Notes: a model not told the origin generated them from the letters alone. A stretch of DNA of 64,000 bases from Antechinus flavipes (GCF_016432865.1 NC_067402.1:20460001-20524000); one strand, 5' to 3'; positions 49,031 through 62,367 are shown, counted from the stretch's first letter. Numbers and translations are program-made.

Positions 49031-51880
49031 AAGTTCCTTGTTCCGGGGCTGGTACCTTGTATTTCTACCCAAAAAGTCATCATAATTTGAAAGTTACCAT
49101 GTCCCTGTCGGTTAAGGTGAGAGAAAATGCTCATATACAGTCATTATTCAATGAAGCAACTCTTGACTTATTTTTCCAGAAATTGCATTAAATATGCCTG
49201 CCGTCTTGGAACACTCACAAAATCCGGCTTCATGTCGTGATTTACCTTTCGAGAGATTCAGAAAGCTGCTTTTTTCGGGAAAGAAAGGAAAGTCGGGGGA
49301 TTGCCAAGGGCAGGACTCATCAGAGGCGCCATGTCTCAGATTTGGGCCCAATTGTAGTTGATGGGGTTTGGGGGGAAGGTGCATTGTAGGGGGTATTGGG
49401 GGAGAGAGGGAATGGGAGGATGGGGACAGCGGGGCCGAAAGAGAAGCTTGCTATTCTCCTTTGACACCGGCGTCCAAAGATCTCTTCTAACTCCCTTCCA
49501 CAACGCATCTCCTGGAAGCTTTGGGACTCCCCAGGTGGACTCTCTGCTACTGCCTGGGTTATGGTGATGGCGTAGGGTCAGAAGCAAAGCTGGAGGGGCA
49601 TTGAAGGTCATTTTGCCCAGTTGACCCCTTGTTGTTTTTCCATCACAGTAATTTTGTTGGTCCCCACTCCCCCCTTGCCAAATGAGTCTATTTTCTCATA
49701 ACAAAGAAAAGAAATTAATCAGAACCAGCCAATAACCAGCTGACTGTATGCACCATTCAGTGCCCACGTGTCTCCCTCCAAAGCCGGCCTCCTTTCCACT
49801 GTCCTGCCTGGTAGTCGGCTGCCATCCGCTCCCGCTGGATGGGCAGAGGCTCTAGAATACAATTCCAGATTTCCATTGCCTACATTGTCTCTATTGGACC
49901 TTGTGGATCTGGATCATCTTTCCCTGCCTCCCGGCAAGGAAGGGACCGGTGACGTGCATCCTCTGTGGAGTGGAAGCCTCGGCTAATAGCCTCCAGTTTC
50001 CTTTGCCTTCTTCATTTTCCATCCTGGAAGGAGTCCTTGGAGCAGAGACGAGTCAGCCTAGAAATCCCGATTGTTTTGGCGGCAGTAAGCGAATTCCTCC
50101 TAGTGTGACTTAAGCCACCGATCCCAGGTGTTTCCGTGCAGCGGACGGGATTCAGAGGGCGTCCTGCTTCCCTTCCTTTCAGGGGTGGCGGCTGTTTCAT
50201 CAGCGAGCAGCAAGGTTGCCAAAGGGATCGAGGAATCAGCCGAGATCTCGGAGCCCGTTCTCCGGGCCTGCCTCGGAGGCCTTCCGAAAGGGCAGCTTGG
50301 GCATCCCGCCGTGCTCCCTGAGTGCTCCTTGAAGCCTCCTCAGGAGGAGTCGCTGAGATGAATGATGTGCGGGATTTACTTCCTTTTCTATGGGACTAAA
50401 GGGCAACCTTGAGGGCAGGGCCTTGTGAGGGTAACACAGATACCTCCTCACCCACCCCAAGGCCTGTTGTAAAAAGTGGTTTGCTCTGTACCGTGTTGTC
50501 CACACACGAGTCCATAAATGCCCACAGGATTCCTGCGGTCGCCTCTCACAGGGAAGACTGGTGCGATAACGCCTCCATCTTGTGGCCGGTCGGGATTTCA
50601 CCACGTTGCATTTTCACAACTATAGGCACCTGTGGGGTCGGATCCCATTTCTTCCTCTGTAAAACGGGGACACTGATGCTCCTTCCTTAACTCTGGGCAG
50701 CGGGAGAGAGCGCTTTGGGAAACTCGCCCAACAGAAGCTTCTCTCAAGGTGCTGATCCTCTCGAAAGCGTCGGGTGTGCAGGGGATCCAAAGGCTGAGGC
50801 AGGCTTGAGCTTATCGCCTACGACTGAACGTCATTAAGCGCTTGGATTCCTGGAAAGGAGGAGGGCCCGGGAGGGAAGGTGCCAGCTGGAGTCCCAGGGG
50901 AAGGTGCTAATTGATTACGGGGGACCAGAAATATCGGGGTGGGGTGAGAGGGCTACTAGCCAGTAATTACAGCTAACATTCCTCTGGATCTTACAGATGG
51001 GGAAACTGAGGCAAAGAGGTTAAATGACCAAGAGTCACACGGTTAATGTGAGGTTGGACTTGCGCTCCCTCTACCGTGCGTGAGAAGCAGAGCCTGAGAA
51101 TAATGCAAGCATGTGTTGTTATTGTCCTTGAGTCGTGTTGTGTTCTTGGTGACCCCATTTAGGGTTTTTTGCCCCTCCAGATGGGATTGTTGTTTGCCAT
51201 CCCAAACCCATGGGGATCGCCTTGAATCTGAATCACTGAGAGCAGCCGCGTCCAGCCCACTGGCTCCTCACACAGGCTCGCTGTTGCCGGGGACAGCGGC
51301 CTCCCGGTCCCGCTCACTTCCCTCGGCACCGGTTCTTGTCAGGCTCTCTGAAATCTGCTGCTCAGTAAGAATATTCCGTTACATTCGAGGACCGTTCCCC
51401 AGTGGATGGACCCCAGCCCTTCTCTGCAGGGGGATCCTCGCGGAGGCTCCTGGGGACCAGCCCCGTCTCGCCCATCGCTCACACCCCTGCTGCCCAGTCT
51501 GCGTCATGGCCGCCTGTCCCCCCTTCCTCAGGGCAGCCCCGCAGGGGCCCCCACTCCACTCCCTGCCATGGCAGCCCCCTCTCGGGGGCCAGCTTGGGCC
51601 TCTCACCTCTGGGAAACCCAAATTCAAATCCTGCTTCAGACCCTCAGCTGTGACCCTGGGCAGGTGGGGTCATCTTAGAGTCAGTGTCCCCCTCTGTAAA
51701 ATGGGAATGACGGCGGCCCCTTCCTCAGCAGGGCTCAGGGTGATGAGCCGAAGTTACTAAGGCACGAGTTCTGATCTCGCCTCTGCCGCTCGTACTTGGT
51801 GGTCTTGGGAAAACCACAGCAGCTTTTCCGGTCTCTCTGCTCATCTGGAGGGGACTCCCGGGACCCTGGGAGATATAAAA

Positions 51881-52015
51881 CTCCTCGATGCCCTCGACGG
51901 CGCCATCGGGCAAACCTGCTCTTTGGCCCTGACCACTGAAGGGCCGAGCCCGGCACTTTTCTTTGGCTTCTGGGCCTCCTCCGGCCCTTTGGGCCTTTCC
52001 TGCTGCTGCTCCCCC
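51881..52015 (+). repeat. Copy 1 of a ~135-bp dispersed direct duplication (partner 59202-59336)
   Basis: ctcgatgccctcgacggcgccatcgggcaaacctgctctttgg... about 96% identical to the copy at 59202. Confidence 0.95.
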
Positions 52016-55000
52016 TCTCCCGGGGACCTCGGGCCCGCACGGCCTCCTGGCTCTCTTGCCCCTCTGGCCCCTCCTTTGCAGCATCTTCACCCTGGTCAGG
52101 GCCATTGGGGTGAGCGTCGCGCCCCTTCCCCTCCCCCCCATCATACTGATCTCTGGGCCCTCCCCTCCCCAGCTCCAGGACCTTGCAGGGAAGGCTGGGA
52201 ATGCTCTTCCTCCCCCTCCCCCCAGCAGCTGGCAGGGACCCCCGCCCTTAGGAGCCTCCCACAGAACGGGCCCTTGGGAGACCAGAACTGAAGCAGGGCT
52301 TGTCTGGGTAATTCGGGCCTTAACCACGGGCCTCTGCCCTTCCTCCGGCCATCAGGGCGGGGTGGGTACGGGGTGTCTGGGGGCGGGGCCAGGCTCGGGA
52401 GGGCGGGGCCAGACCGGGGAGGGGGGGTAGGCGGGCTGTTTCAGAGGAGGGGCTCTGGCCCCTGAGCTGTGGCGGACTGCCCCCTTGCCAGCCACTGCCC
52501 TTATCCCGCATTTGCCCCTCCCAGGGGGTTTCTTTGCTTTTTTAAGTCTGAGTTTGAACCCCTAAGTCAGGGGCGCTGGCTGGGGAGAGGGGGGGAGGGG
52601 GCTGGCCTGATCAGTGGCCCCAACCACGTGATGCTGGGGCTTTGGGCTGCAGGCTTCCCTTGCGGGGGAGGGGGCATCCCGCCCCCACTGATTAGCATTT
52701 CAAAGGCCCACCGCCCCTCCCCCAGCTGCCCTATCTAGCTGGGCGCAGTTTCCTGTACTTTGTCTCCCCTTCCCTCCCGAATCCCCCTCCTGGCCCCCAG
52801 CCCCAGGATCACCCCCTCCCCCCTTTCTCAAGGGCGTTATCTGCCTGCCGCTCTGGCCAGTAACTATCAGCCCGGCTTTCTGTAAAACACCTTTACATGA
52901 CTGGTGGAGCAGACGCCGGTTGGCGGGAGGCCGCTGTGTTCTCTGGGAGGAGAGCGAGGGAGCCCCGGGAGCCCCCCACCTCTCATAGGCCCCCCGACTT
53001 TAACCAGCCTTTGTTTCTCTCCTGGTGGGGCCCGAAGATGGCTCAGCCTAGAGGCCCCCCTGCTGCTGCCCAGCGAGCTCCCCCCGCCGGCCCCTCCCCC
53101 TGTGTCTCCTCTGTCCCCTGCTGCCTCCCTGCCCTCCCCGGGTGCCCTGAGCTAGACTGGTGGGTCTCATGACCAGGTTTAGCCTTCACCCTTGGGGCCG
53201 TCCGCCCGGGAGGATGCTGGGAGTTGTTAAAGGCCTTTCCCTGATGGTAAAAGAATGCCCTCTGTAACCCCCCAAAATGTCCCCTGCTCCCCCCATTGTC
53301 CCCTTTGGCCGGGGCGCCAGCCCTCAGCCTCCCTCCCTCTGGTACCCTCCAGAGCTGCCACTTTCCTCTTTGGGCTCCCGTTCTCCGGGATATTCTCTCT
53401 TCAGAAACACCCATTTCCCAGCTGGTCCCGGAAGCGGGAGGGCTGGATTCTGCCGTCCAGGTCCTCATTAGCATTTGTGAGACCGGGGTCAGAAAAACCC
53501 TCCCCGGGAAAGGGGAGTTGAATTAATCCTGTGGGCGGCCCCAAGCAGAGAAGGAGAAGCCTTCTACTTGAATTAACCGGCCTTTGGGGCTTTTCTGGCC
53601 CAGGGAGGGGATTTAAAAATTTAAATATCTTGTTTACTTGGTTACCAGCTAGATTTAGGGGAGTGGTATCTGGTGCGCTTGGCCCAATAAAGGCCCGGTG
53701 TCTTCTGGGTAAGAAAAAACAGCTCGGGGTGGGCTGTTTGGGGGCTTTTATGGTGCCCCTGGAGGCTCTTGGGTTTTGTTGTGGGCCTTAAGTGGCCACA
53801 GGAGTAACAACATTCGGTTTGTCTGAAGGGATGCCTGGTGGTTGTAGGGGGACTAGGTACCTGTATGGGTGGGCCCAGCTGCTCCAGATGTGTGCTGGGA
53901 TTGAAGAAGGCCCTCCTCCTCCTCCGTCCCCACCCTCCTCCCTGTCTCTCCCCTCCCCCCCCTCCCCAGGTCACAGATTCTGAGACCCAGAAGCCCCCAT
54001 GCCGGGTACTGTGGGCCTGGCGCCAGGAATTCATATCTAATCCAGCTTTAGAACTTGCTGGCTGAGGGACCCTGGATAAGTCCCTTAACCTGTGGACTGC
54101 AGTTTCCTCCCCCGCAGAATGAGCTGGAGAAGGAAATGGCCAGCTGAAATGTCCTTGCCAAGAAAAGCCCAAATGGTTATGAAGGGGCACACGTGACTGA
54201 AAAGGACTGGACGAAACAATAAAAGGGAACTTCAGGACTCCCTGCTGCCGGGGAACCCCAAGTGCAGACCCAAAGATCTCAGGACATGTCCTTAAAAGGC
54301 ATCTGGAACAACACCCCTCCCACCCCCCCACGTTATAGCTGGGGAGACTGAGGCTTAGAGAGACTGTGCCCTGGCCAGCGATCCGCAGCCACCCAGTGCT
54401 GTCGGGTGGGATTCTAACTGAGACCTGAGTCCCGACTCTGACTGGCTGCCCCACTTCTGGCTTTGGCCTCCAAAGCCACGGCTGGAACACAGCCGAACTA
54501 TTCTGCCTCGATTTCCCTCCGCAGGGCGCGGCTGTTTAAGTGGTCAGCCGGCCCGGATTCGGGGGCCTTGCCTGAGGTACCCAGCAGCCTCCGCAGCCGT
54601 ATTTAGGAAGCGTTTCCTCTCTCCTGCATCCGTATTGTGTATCTTGTCGGAAAAACATGTCTCCTGGTGGTCTAGTTCTTGGAGAAATGAGGAGGAAGGT
54701 GTAATAATTGAATAAAGTTTCAACGTTGGTGATTCTCTTTATCTAATTCCCAACAGTTCACGGTCCTGGGACAAAGTTTAGGTAATTTAGGACCACGTGG
54801 GGGGGCTTAGTGCTGGGAGCCGGGCTCTGGGATTCCCGGGCTCTGCTGTTGGTGGGCGCCCCCCCCCCCCCTCCCATCCACCTGCCCATCCACCCTCATC
54901 CGCAGGGCAACCGAAAACCGCCCCGGCCGGCTACCCGGCGCTCTCCTCCGCACAATGTTTCCCACTGTTTTAGGGAGAGGAGGACTCGGTTACACAGCCC

Positions 55001-55980
55001 ACCTACCGAGCAGGAGAGCCCCCCACGAGGAGCCGGAAAACACAGACAGAGGAGATTGGGTTCGGCTCTCGCTCCCAGAGTCTCGGCCAGAGACAAAGGG
55101 GAGCCTGTGCGTCCCGGAGAGAACCTCCTCTGTGTCTTTGGAAATCTAGATCCTTACGGAGATGGCGATCCCGGTCTTAGAAGGGATTTTTCCTTATTTG
55201 CCCCCTTGTTAGGACTGGGGAGGTCGGCTCCGGGCCTTGGGAGCGGCTGGGAAACCAGTGATCCCTACCGCCTCGGGTGACCTTTGACTCCCTCCTGGGC
55301 GGCCACTTGGGCCCCAGAGTTTAATTTTCTAAGAGTGTCTGCTCGAGGTCCCGGTGGCTGCCGGGCCCAGGAGCTCCCTGGAGAAGAGGGCAGGAGAAAT
55401 CCCATGCCCCGGGGCAAGCCACGGAGACTTTCATCCTTGTGGATGGTCTGGGGGCTTCAGAGCCTGCTCGGGGTCCTCTCGGGCACGTGGGGGGGCTTCT
55501 GCCTTCTCCCCTTCGGCCCTTTAGCACCTGCCTCGTCATCGCTTTGTGACGGTCTGTGCTTCTGTGTACCCTGTGCTCCCCCCCAGGAGGAGGGAAGCCC
55601 CCTGAGGGCCAGCCCTTTTCTCTGACCCCAGCATATACCAGCGCCCTGTATGTCCTGGGCACTTAATAAAGGCTCCTTCAGATGAATTGAGTTTGTTGTT
55701 GAGGAACTGAAATCAATCCACTGTTGCCATAATTGAGCATTCCTCTGACCAGTAAGCCCAGTTCCGGGGGTGGGGGCAGCTTTTGGCTGCCACGACACCC
55801 CCGAGTCCTCCTCAGCCATGGGAAGGGCCAGGTGCATCGGACGTCTGCTGCTTTTTACACGACCTCTTGCTGTTCCCTGGTCCCTCAAGTCTGCTGGCCA
55901 CTATCTCTCCCCACAGTTCCCTCGGCCTTAATGCCCTTCCTTCCCCTTGTTTTTTCTCCAGTTTTTTTGTAAGTAAGTAT

Positions 55981-56098
55981 TTATTTATTTTTATTTATTT
56001 TGCTGGGGCAATTGGGGTTAAGTGACTTGCCCAGCGTCACACGGCCAGGAAGTGTCTGAGGCCTTCAGGCTCTGTCCCCCGTGCTACCCAGCTGCCCC
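55981..56098 (-). mobile_element. Marsupial tRNA-derived SINE (WSINE1/MAR1-like), internally deleted
   Basis: tttattttgctggggcaattggggttaagtgacttgcccagcgtcacacggccaggaagtgtctgaggcc...cagctgcccc. Confidence 0.85.
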
Positions 56099-57265
56099 CA
56101 GGTTTGTTTACTTTTAATACACATCTTTATGGATCATGTTGGGAGAGAAAAATCAGAGCAAAAGGAAAACGGGGAGAGATTAAAAACTGCTTGAAGTTGT
56201 TTCTGTTCCATAAAATTGGGATTTCCGATCCCACGATGCTGTGGTTGGCGGCCTGGGCTCGTTAGCAAACCCTCTCGGGGTTTTTGGTCACTTTCCTAAG
56301 CCCAGCGTGGGGGCTGTTTTCTAATAACCGATAAAACACGGCCCGGCAGCGGAGAGCCCGGACTGGGCCCCTGGGGAGTCGGGGCCGGCACATGGGCCAC
56401 AAGGCACTGGGACCGGCCGTGGGCCCGAACGCCCTCGTCCGAGGCTCTTCGTCTCGTAGTCCTGCCCTAGGAAGGATGTTGTTCGGGCCTTTCGGGCGCG
56501 TCCACCCCTCCTTGACCCTATTTGGCGTTTTCTTGGCAGATTTCCTTCTCCAGCTCCTTCTAGAGATGGGACAGACAGGATTACGTGACTTGTCCAGGCC
56601 ACACAGCGAGTGTCTGAGGTGGGTTTTGAACTCGGGACTTCCCGATTCCAAGACCCGGCCCCCGTCCGTTGTCCTGTGGGCGCTGCCTCCCCAGAGGGAG
56701 CTGTGTCCCCGGCTCGCCCTCTGCCTCCGTGGGGGACCAGACGGCCTCTTGGGGGCCCTGTTTGGGGTCCGAGCTGAGAGAGTGGTCTCCCTTCCAGAGG
56801 AGTTTCTGTTATCACCACACCCCAAATGAGCGAGTAAATGAAGGAAAAGCCCTTCTTGGTCCCGTCCGGAAGCACTGGGCTGAGCTGCGGCCAGGCCTTG
56901 CCCACCAGGAGCTGCTGCTCTGCTAGAGGATGACCACCCATGGGGGGGATGCCCCACCCCCTGCCGGCCCTCACAGCAGCCCGGATACGGTTAGGGTTCC
57001 AGAGCCACGGGGGAGCCGGGGGAGAGGGGCCGGGATGGTCTCGGAAAAAGACCAGGCTGTGGCAGCTGCTACTGAGAAATGCAAGGGTGCTACTCGATGC
57101 TAAATGTCCGGCTGGGGTCAGTGAGAGGAGGGCCAGGTCACTGAGGAAGCTGAAGGTCTGGGGGGGGGGGGGGGCGGGGAGGGCCTTGGGATCCGGGAAT
57201 TGGAAGGACTAGCTTTCATCTGAGGTTAAAGATGACCCCAACTGAGTGAGAGAGCGGTGGGGGAA

Positions 57266-57404
57266 GCATGGAGCACTCCCCTGGCATGGAGCACTCCCCT
57301 GGCATGGAGCACTCCCCTGGCATGGAGCACTCCCCTGGCATGGAGCATTCCCCTGGCGTGGAGCACTCCCCTGGCATGGAGCACTCCCCTGGCATGGAGC
57401 ACTC
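57266..57404. repeat. 18-bp tandem repeat (gcatggagcactcccctg) x ~7.7
   Basis: Seven full units (two single-base variants) plus a partial unit. Confidence 0.97.
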
Positions 57405-58261
57405 TGCTTAGTGCCCATCAGTCCCGTTTCATTTGATGTGGTGAGAAATGGGGAGCAAGGATCAGGTGCCGGAAAACGCTTCTGCTCAGAGTTTGGGCTT
57501 TGGAGGGAAAGAAAGTCCTTCCCTCTGCCCTCTCAGCTGTGTGGCCGTGGGCCAGCCCCGGGAACCCATCTATGAAATGGGAGGAATCGGCCGTGGGTGA
57601 GGCTGCGGAGGCAACCCTGGCTGTAAAGCTCTTTGCGAGCCCTCCAGGGCTGGATCTAAAAGCTCATTGTTAAAGGATAATGGCAGGGTTGGAGCAAAGG
57701 CTTCTGGGGCAGGTGTCTAGGCCAGGGGTTCTTAAGCTGGGGCTCCGGGAATTGTTTTAAAATTTGATCATTGGCGAGATATTTGTGTTTAGAAAGGGGC
57801 CAGGACCCAAGGAGGGCGAGAGCCTGTGGGGTTCCAGCTTCTCATTGTTTGGCCTTGGCTGTGGCCTTCAGCATAAGTTCTCCCCTCTCAGTCTCATCAT
57901 CATCATCATCATCAAATGCATCTGGGAAAAATCTCCTAACTGTAAATTAGGGCAATTAAAGGAGCAGAGCCCGCAGGAGGTTGCTTTTGCCTGGTTGGAG
58001 CAGGCCTTGCTGCCTCCTGCCTTTGGGGTTCCGCCCAACCTTGCCTCTCTCTTTGCCCGCTCCTCACCTCCGCTGAGTTGTGGACAGTGCCCCCCCCCCG
58101 AAGTTTTTCTGGCCTTGGGATGCTATTGGCATTATTATTTCCCTCTTAGACGCTTTGTTTTGGGGGGGGGAGGATGTTAGAGAAAAAACCCTGAAAACTG
58201 CCCTGTCCCCAGGAAGCTTCTGTTGTGGGAGCTGGAGTATTTCTGAATGCTCTGAGGCAAG

Positions 58262-58380
58262 TCTTCCTCCCTCCCTCCCTCCTTCCCCCTCTCCCCCCTT
58301 TCCCTCCTTCCCCCCTTTCCCTCCTTTTCTCCCTTTCTCCTTCCCTCTTTTCCTCCCTTTCTCCTTCCCTCCTTCCCATT
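58262..58380. repeat. (CCTT/CCCT)-type polypyrimidine low-complexity tract
   Basis: Direct reading. Confidence 0.85.
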
Positions 58381-59014
58381 TATTTATTCATTCACTTATT
58401 TCTTTCTCTGTTTTCCTGGGGTGGGGGAGACGCTCCTGAGAGGGCCGGGATGAGGCAGCAAAGGCCTCCTGGAGGAGGGGGGGATGACGTTGAGCTGAGG
58501 ACACCAGGTGATGGTCGGGGCAGATCCTGGAGAATGGGAGGCGGGTGCGGAGCTTGGCCGCGGGGTAGGAGAAGGGGCCGCCCTCCGCTTGGGGGGCTCA
58601 GTGCTCCACTGTTGGGGATCCACTCCCTCGTTTGAGCCTCCTAACAACTGGAAGACGGAACTAATTCCTTCCGCGGCACTGAGGGGTTGCTGAGGCTTGG
58701 AAATGCTGCGGTCGGTCAGGACCCGGGGCTTTGGGATCATGGCCGGGATTTCCCATCGCTCTCCCTGTGCAGCGGGAGGGCGCGCTTCCCTCCTGGCCTC
58801 CCAGGTCTGGGTTTTAGAGGTTAAAACCGAGAGTCGTGGGCCAGGTAGCGTTAGTTCCCGGACCAGGGTGGGGGCCGTGGGAGAGTGGCCGGGGAGGTGG
58901 GGGCCCTGGTGCTGGTGGGGGAGGCGATCATGACGTTTATATATTTGAAGCTTTGAAGGATACTTTGTAGCCCCCATGTTAACAAATCAACAAGCATTTA
59001 TTATTATTATTTTA

Positions 59015-59164
59015 TCATTTATTTTTTTGCTGAGGCATTTAGGGTTAAGTGACTTGCCCGGGGTCACACAGCCAGGAAGTGTGAAGTGTCTGAGGCCAGA
59101 TTTGAACTCAGGCCCTCCTGACTTCAAGGCTGATGCTCTGCCCGTTGCGCCACCAGCTGTCCCC
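59015..59164 (-). mobile_element. Marsupial SINE (WSINE1-like), near full length
   Basis: tttttttgctgaggcatttagggttaagtgacttgcccggggtcacacagccaggaagtgtgaagtgtctgaggccagatttgaactcagg...cagctgtcccc. Confidence 0.9.
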
Positions 59165-59169
59165 AGGTT

Positions 59170-59460
59170 TTTTAAAGCTTTTTATTTTGAAAACATGTGC
59201 ACTTCTCGATGCCCTCGACGGCGCCGTCGGGCAAACCTGCTCTTTGGCCCCTGACCACTGAAGGGCCGAGCCCGTCACTTTTCTTTGGCTTCTGGGCCTT
59301 CTCCGGCCCTTTGGGCCTTTCCTGCTGCTGCTCCCTCCCCCTTTTGCACAGATAGTGTGACGACACTGACCCTTGCGTTGGCTTGTGTTTCAGATCCCCC
59401 CTCCCCGCCACAATCCAATATTTGTGACACAGGGTAAAATATATATTTAGCATTCGTTTT
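59170..59460 (-). mobile_element. LINE-1 3' end fragment interrupted by a 142-bp insert
   Basis: aaagctttttattttgaaaacatgtgca [insert] cagatagtgtgacgacactgacccttgc...ttgtgtttcagat...aatccaatat...ggtaaaatatata resembles a marsupial L1 3' terminus. Confidence 0.7.
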
Positions 59461-60337
59461 TTTTTTTAAAGTTTGGGGTCCCAGATTCTTTCCCTCCCTT
59501 CTGCTGAAACAGTAAGGAATCTGTGCAGTCCCATGAAACGTTTCCACCTCAGTTGCTTTGTGGAAGATTTGGAAGGACAGAAAGCAGGGGACACCGGCTT
59601 TGGGATCCCACCGGGCGGAGAGCTTCTTTCTCTGGAGCCCTTTGAGAGGACGATGACATTGTATGGCCGGGAAGTCCCGCAGGTGCCCGTGGTACAGTGT
59701 TGCTGCGTACGGGGGCCTCCGCGTTCTGCCCGTTGCAATCTGTATCGGTTCCCAGAAGCCTCGGAGCCTTTCCGAAGTTCTCCTGCTCGCTTCCGTGCCT
59801 TCACAGCACGGTCCGCTCGGCCGGCCCCCCGGGGGGGGGGGGGGCATCCCTTCCGTTTCCAGTTCTTGGCTCCCCCAGAACGAGCTGCTGTAAATGTTGT
59901 CGTACAAAAGGCTCCTTCCCCTGAGCCCTGCTGTGTGTGTCCGCTCAGGGTTTGTGTGTGTGTGTGTGTGTAAAAGACATTGAACATTACTGACACACGT
60001 TTTTCCCAAGGTTAGTTTTATCTTCTAATGCACTCCTCGGCAGGCTCCGCGTTCAGGTGGCCGTGAGTTTGAGACGTGCGCTCACTAACAGACAGGAGCA
60101 CTGATTTACTGCCACTTGGTGAGGTGGCCCGTGGCCGGGGAGGACCCAGCGCGGCCGGTCTCCGGAGCCGCTCCCTGCGAGGATTTACGAGGCAGGGCCG
60201 GGACAGCCAGGCCGGTTGGGGGCCGCGTTTCCCCGGAGAGGGCAAGGAGAAGGGAGAGGGAAGGTGAGCCGGACTGGCCCCTGTGCGAGGCAACGCCCAG
60301 GGCCTGCTCTTGGAAGGTTTGAACGCAGGTGGCCATT

Positions 60338-60341
60338 GTGT

Positions 60342-60382
<41 letters not shown>
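60338..60382. repeat. (GT)n(GC)n microsatellite (Z-DNA prone)
   Basis: Direct reading. Confidence 0.9.
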
Positions 60383-60384
<2 letters not shown>

Positions 60385-62319
60385 CTCACTTGCTCGCCTT
60401 CTCAGATCGTTTTCCCGTAAGCCTCTCTCCCCGTGTCACAGGAGCACCGTGGACTCCTTTACAGGAGGGAGCACCGTGGACTGATGGTCCTCAGGGTCAC
60501 CCGCTGGCTGGGGGATGCATCTTTTGCCGTCCGTTTCTCTGAGAGGAGGCGGGGGTCACTGCAGGTAGCGGTAGTTACTCAGACGGTCCGAGAGCCACGG
60601 AGGACGTGATTCTAGGTCCGCTTCCTTTGCTCCTCTTCCCATTTCTGCGACTCCCTTCGTACGGAGCCTGGGATGTCGCGTTCCCAGCCAGAGTTTGGCG
60701 TCCCCGAGCTGACGGTTCCAGGTTCCTTCAGCCCGGATCGTTCCACTGGAAACACTCGAGGGTCGGTGGGACTTTGTGTCCGTCCCTGGGCTCCCTGGGC
60801 CGCGTGCTCAGTAACAGGATTTCTGGTGCAGAACCGTACGTGGGTTTCTCCGCAGATAGTTTTCCGGGCACTTGCGGGACCAGCTCCCGGCTGCCCCACG
60901 GGGTGTCAGTGTGCTGCCTTCCCGTCAGCCCTCCAGCTCTGCTTCCGACTTGGATCCCTCTGTCACTTGGTGATGTATGAGGACGGACGGGGATGCTTGA
61001 GTTTGCATTTTCCTTATTAGCGATTGGGACCCATCATTCCCGGGGCTGCCGCTTTGTGCCTGGGCTTTTGCAAACCGTCCCCCAGTTTTGACCCCTTGGG
61101 GGTCGGGGCCCTCGTTTCTGCCCGTTTATTTGCATCTCTTCAGAGCGACTTCCCCACACAAAAAGTGCGCCCCCCGACACGGAGGCCCCGAGGTGCCCTC
61201 TGCATTCCGCGGCTTTTGTGTGGAGCTCCGGCCGGGGAAATTTGGGGAAGGGAAGAAAGGTGGGTGGGAGGATAAGCCAGGCAGGGAGGCCAGGAGCGCC
61301 GGCCATTGACCAGGCAAGCATTGTCACTCACTCAGGTCAGAGTTTAACCCCGGGGTCCATTCATCAGCTACCGGCTGATTGTGGCGGATCCCAGGGGAAG
61401 GTTCTGAACATCTGCCCGGCCCCTACCTCCCTTTGAAAGTAGCCAGGGCTCTTCCCTCTGGGGGGGGGGCAGGGGTCTGAGAGCCCCGGGAATTCCTGTG
61501 GTGCAGATGTTTGTACAGGGGGCCGGAGAGCCTTTCCCCAAGTCCTCGGGTTTGCGACTTGCCGGCCTGTTTCTCGCCGCCCGAGATGTCGGTGGGAACG
61601 GCCACGAGATCCGGCCCACCCCTCCCCGTTCCCACTGAGGAAGGAGGGCTTGTTTGGCTTTCAGAAAATGCCCGTGGAAGATGAATAACACCAAGGGGCT
61701 TACCTTGGGGTGGGCTGTTTTGTGGGGAAAATGGGGGAGGAGAGAGAGGGAGACGGAGGTAGAGAAAGATGGAGATGGAGAGAGACAGAAAAAAATGGGG
61801 GGAATAAGGGATGGTGTAATAAGTGATATCACAGGAAACAGTGTTTCTTCACCTTGGAAATGGAAAATGAAGGAGTTCGGGGAGTTTTTCCCATTCTGAA
61901 TTGTAAATGAAGTCCCTACAAAGCCCCTCCCCGTTCTCCTTCCCCCCACCCCATTATTGTACCCTTTGCTAGCTGGGTAGGTGACGGAGATGATGGCGAG
62001 CTAGTTTAGGACTCCTTTGATATTCCATGGAAATGAGGTGCGGGGCTGGGCGGGGGGTCCCCGTCCCGAGAGCAGACGGCCTCCGCTCGGGGTCTCTTGC
62101 TCCAGATTCAGCCCTCTGTTTCCGGCACTGCAGAATTGAGTATGTTAGTAACACTCTTTGTGTCCCCTTTGGTAATTTTTTTCTTTCAGGAATTTTTATT
62201 TGATGTTTTGGGTGGGAGAGGGGAGAGCTGGGGCTGGCGCTGTTGCCTGCCCTGCCTTCTCTCCTTCCAAGTCGAAATCCTGTCTTTAAGAAATATGTGT
62301 GGGGCAGCTGGATGGTGCA

Positions 62320-62367
62320 GTGGGTAGAACATCGGCCCTGAAGTCAGGAGGATCTGAGTTCAAATCT
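62320..62367 (+). mobile_element. Marsupial SINE 5' head running into the gap
   Basis: ggggcagctggatggtgcagtgggtagaacatcggccctgaagtcaggaggatctgagttcaaatc (tRNA-like A/B boxes). Confidence 0.85.

Noticed and set aside
50570-50590. CTCF-like ggccacaagatggaggcg on the minus strand
   Set aside because: Mismatch at the core GGC position; cannot be supported without a PWM score or ChIP data.
51113-54490. Longer intronic ORFs (215, 200 and 282 aa) and similar ones at 56262-56974 and 59275-60009
   Set aside because: Low-complexity Pro/Gly/Arg/Ala translations typical of GC-rich non-coding DNA, crossing MIR/SINE remnants, with no domain or processed-pseudogene signature.
57209-57575. ORFs encoding repeated WHGALP / QGSAPC peptides
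   Set aside because: By-product of the 18-bp tandem repeat; no splice or promoter support.
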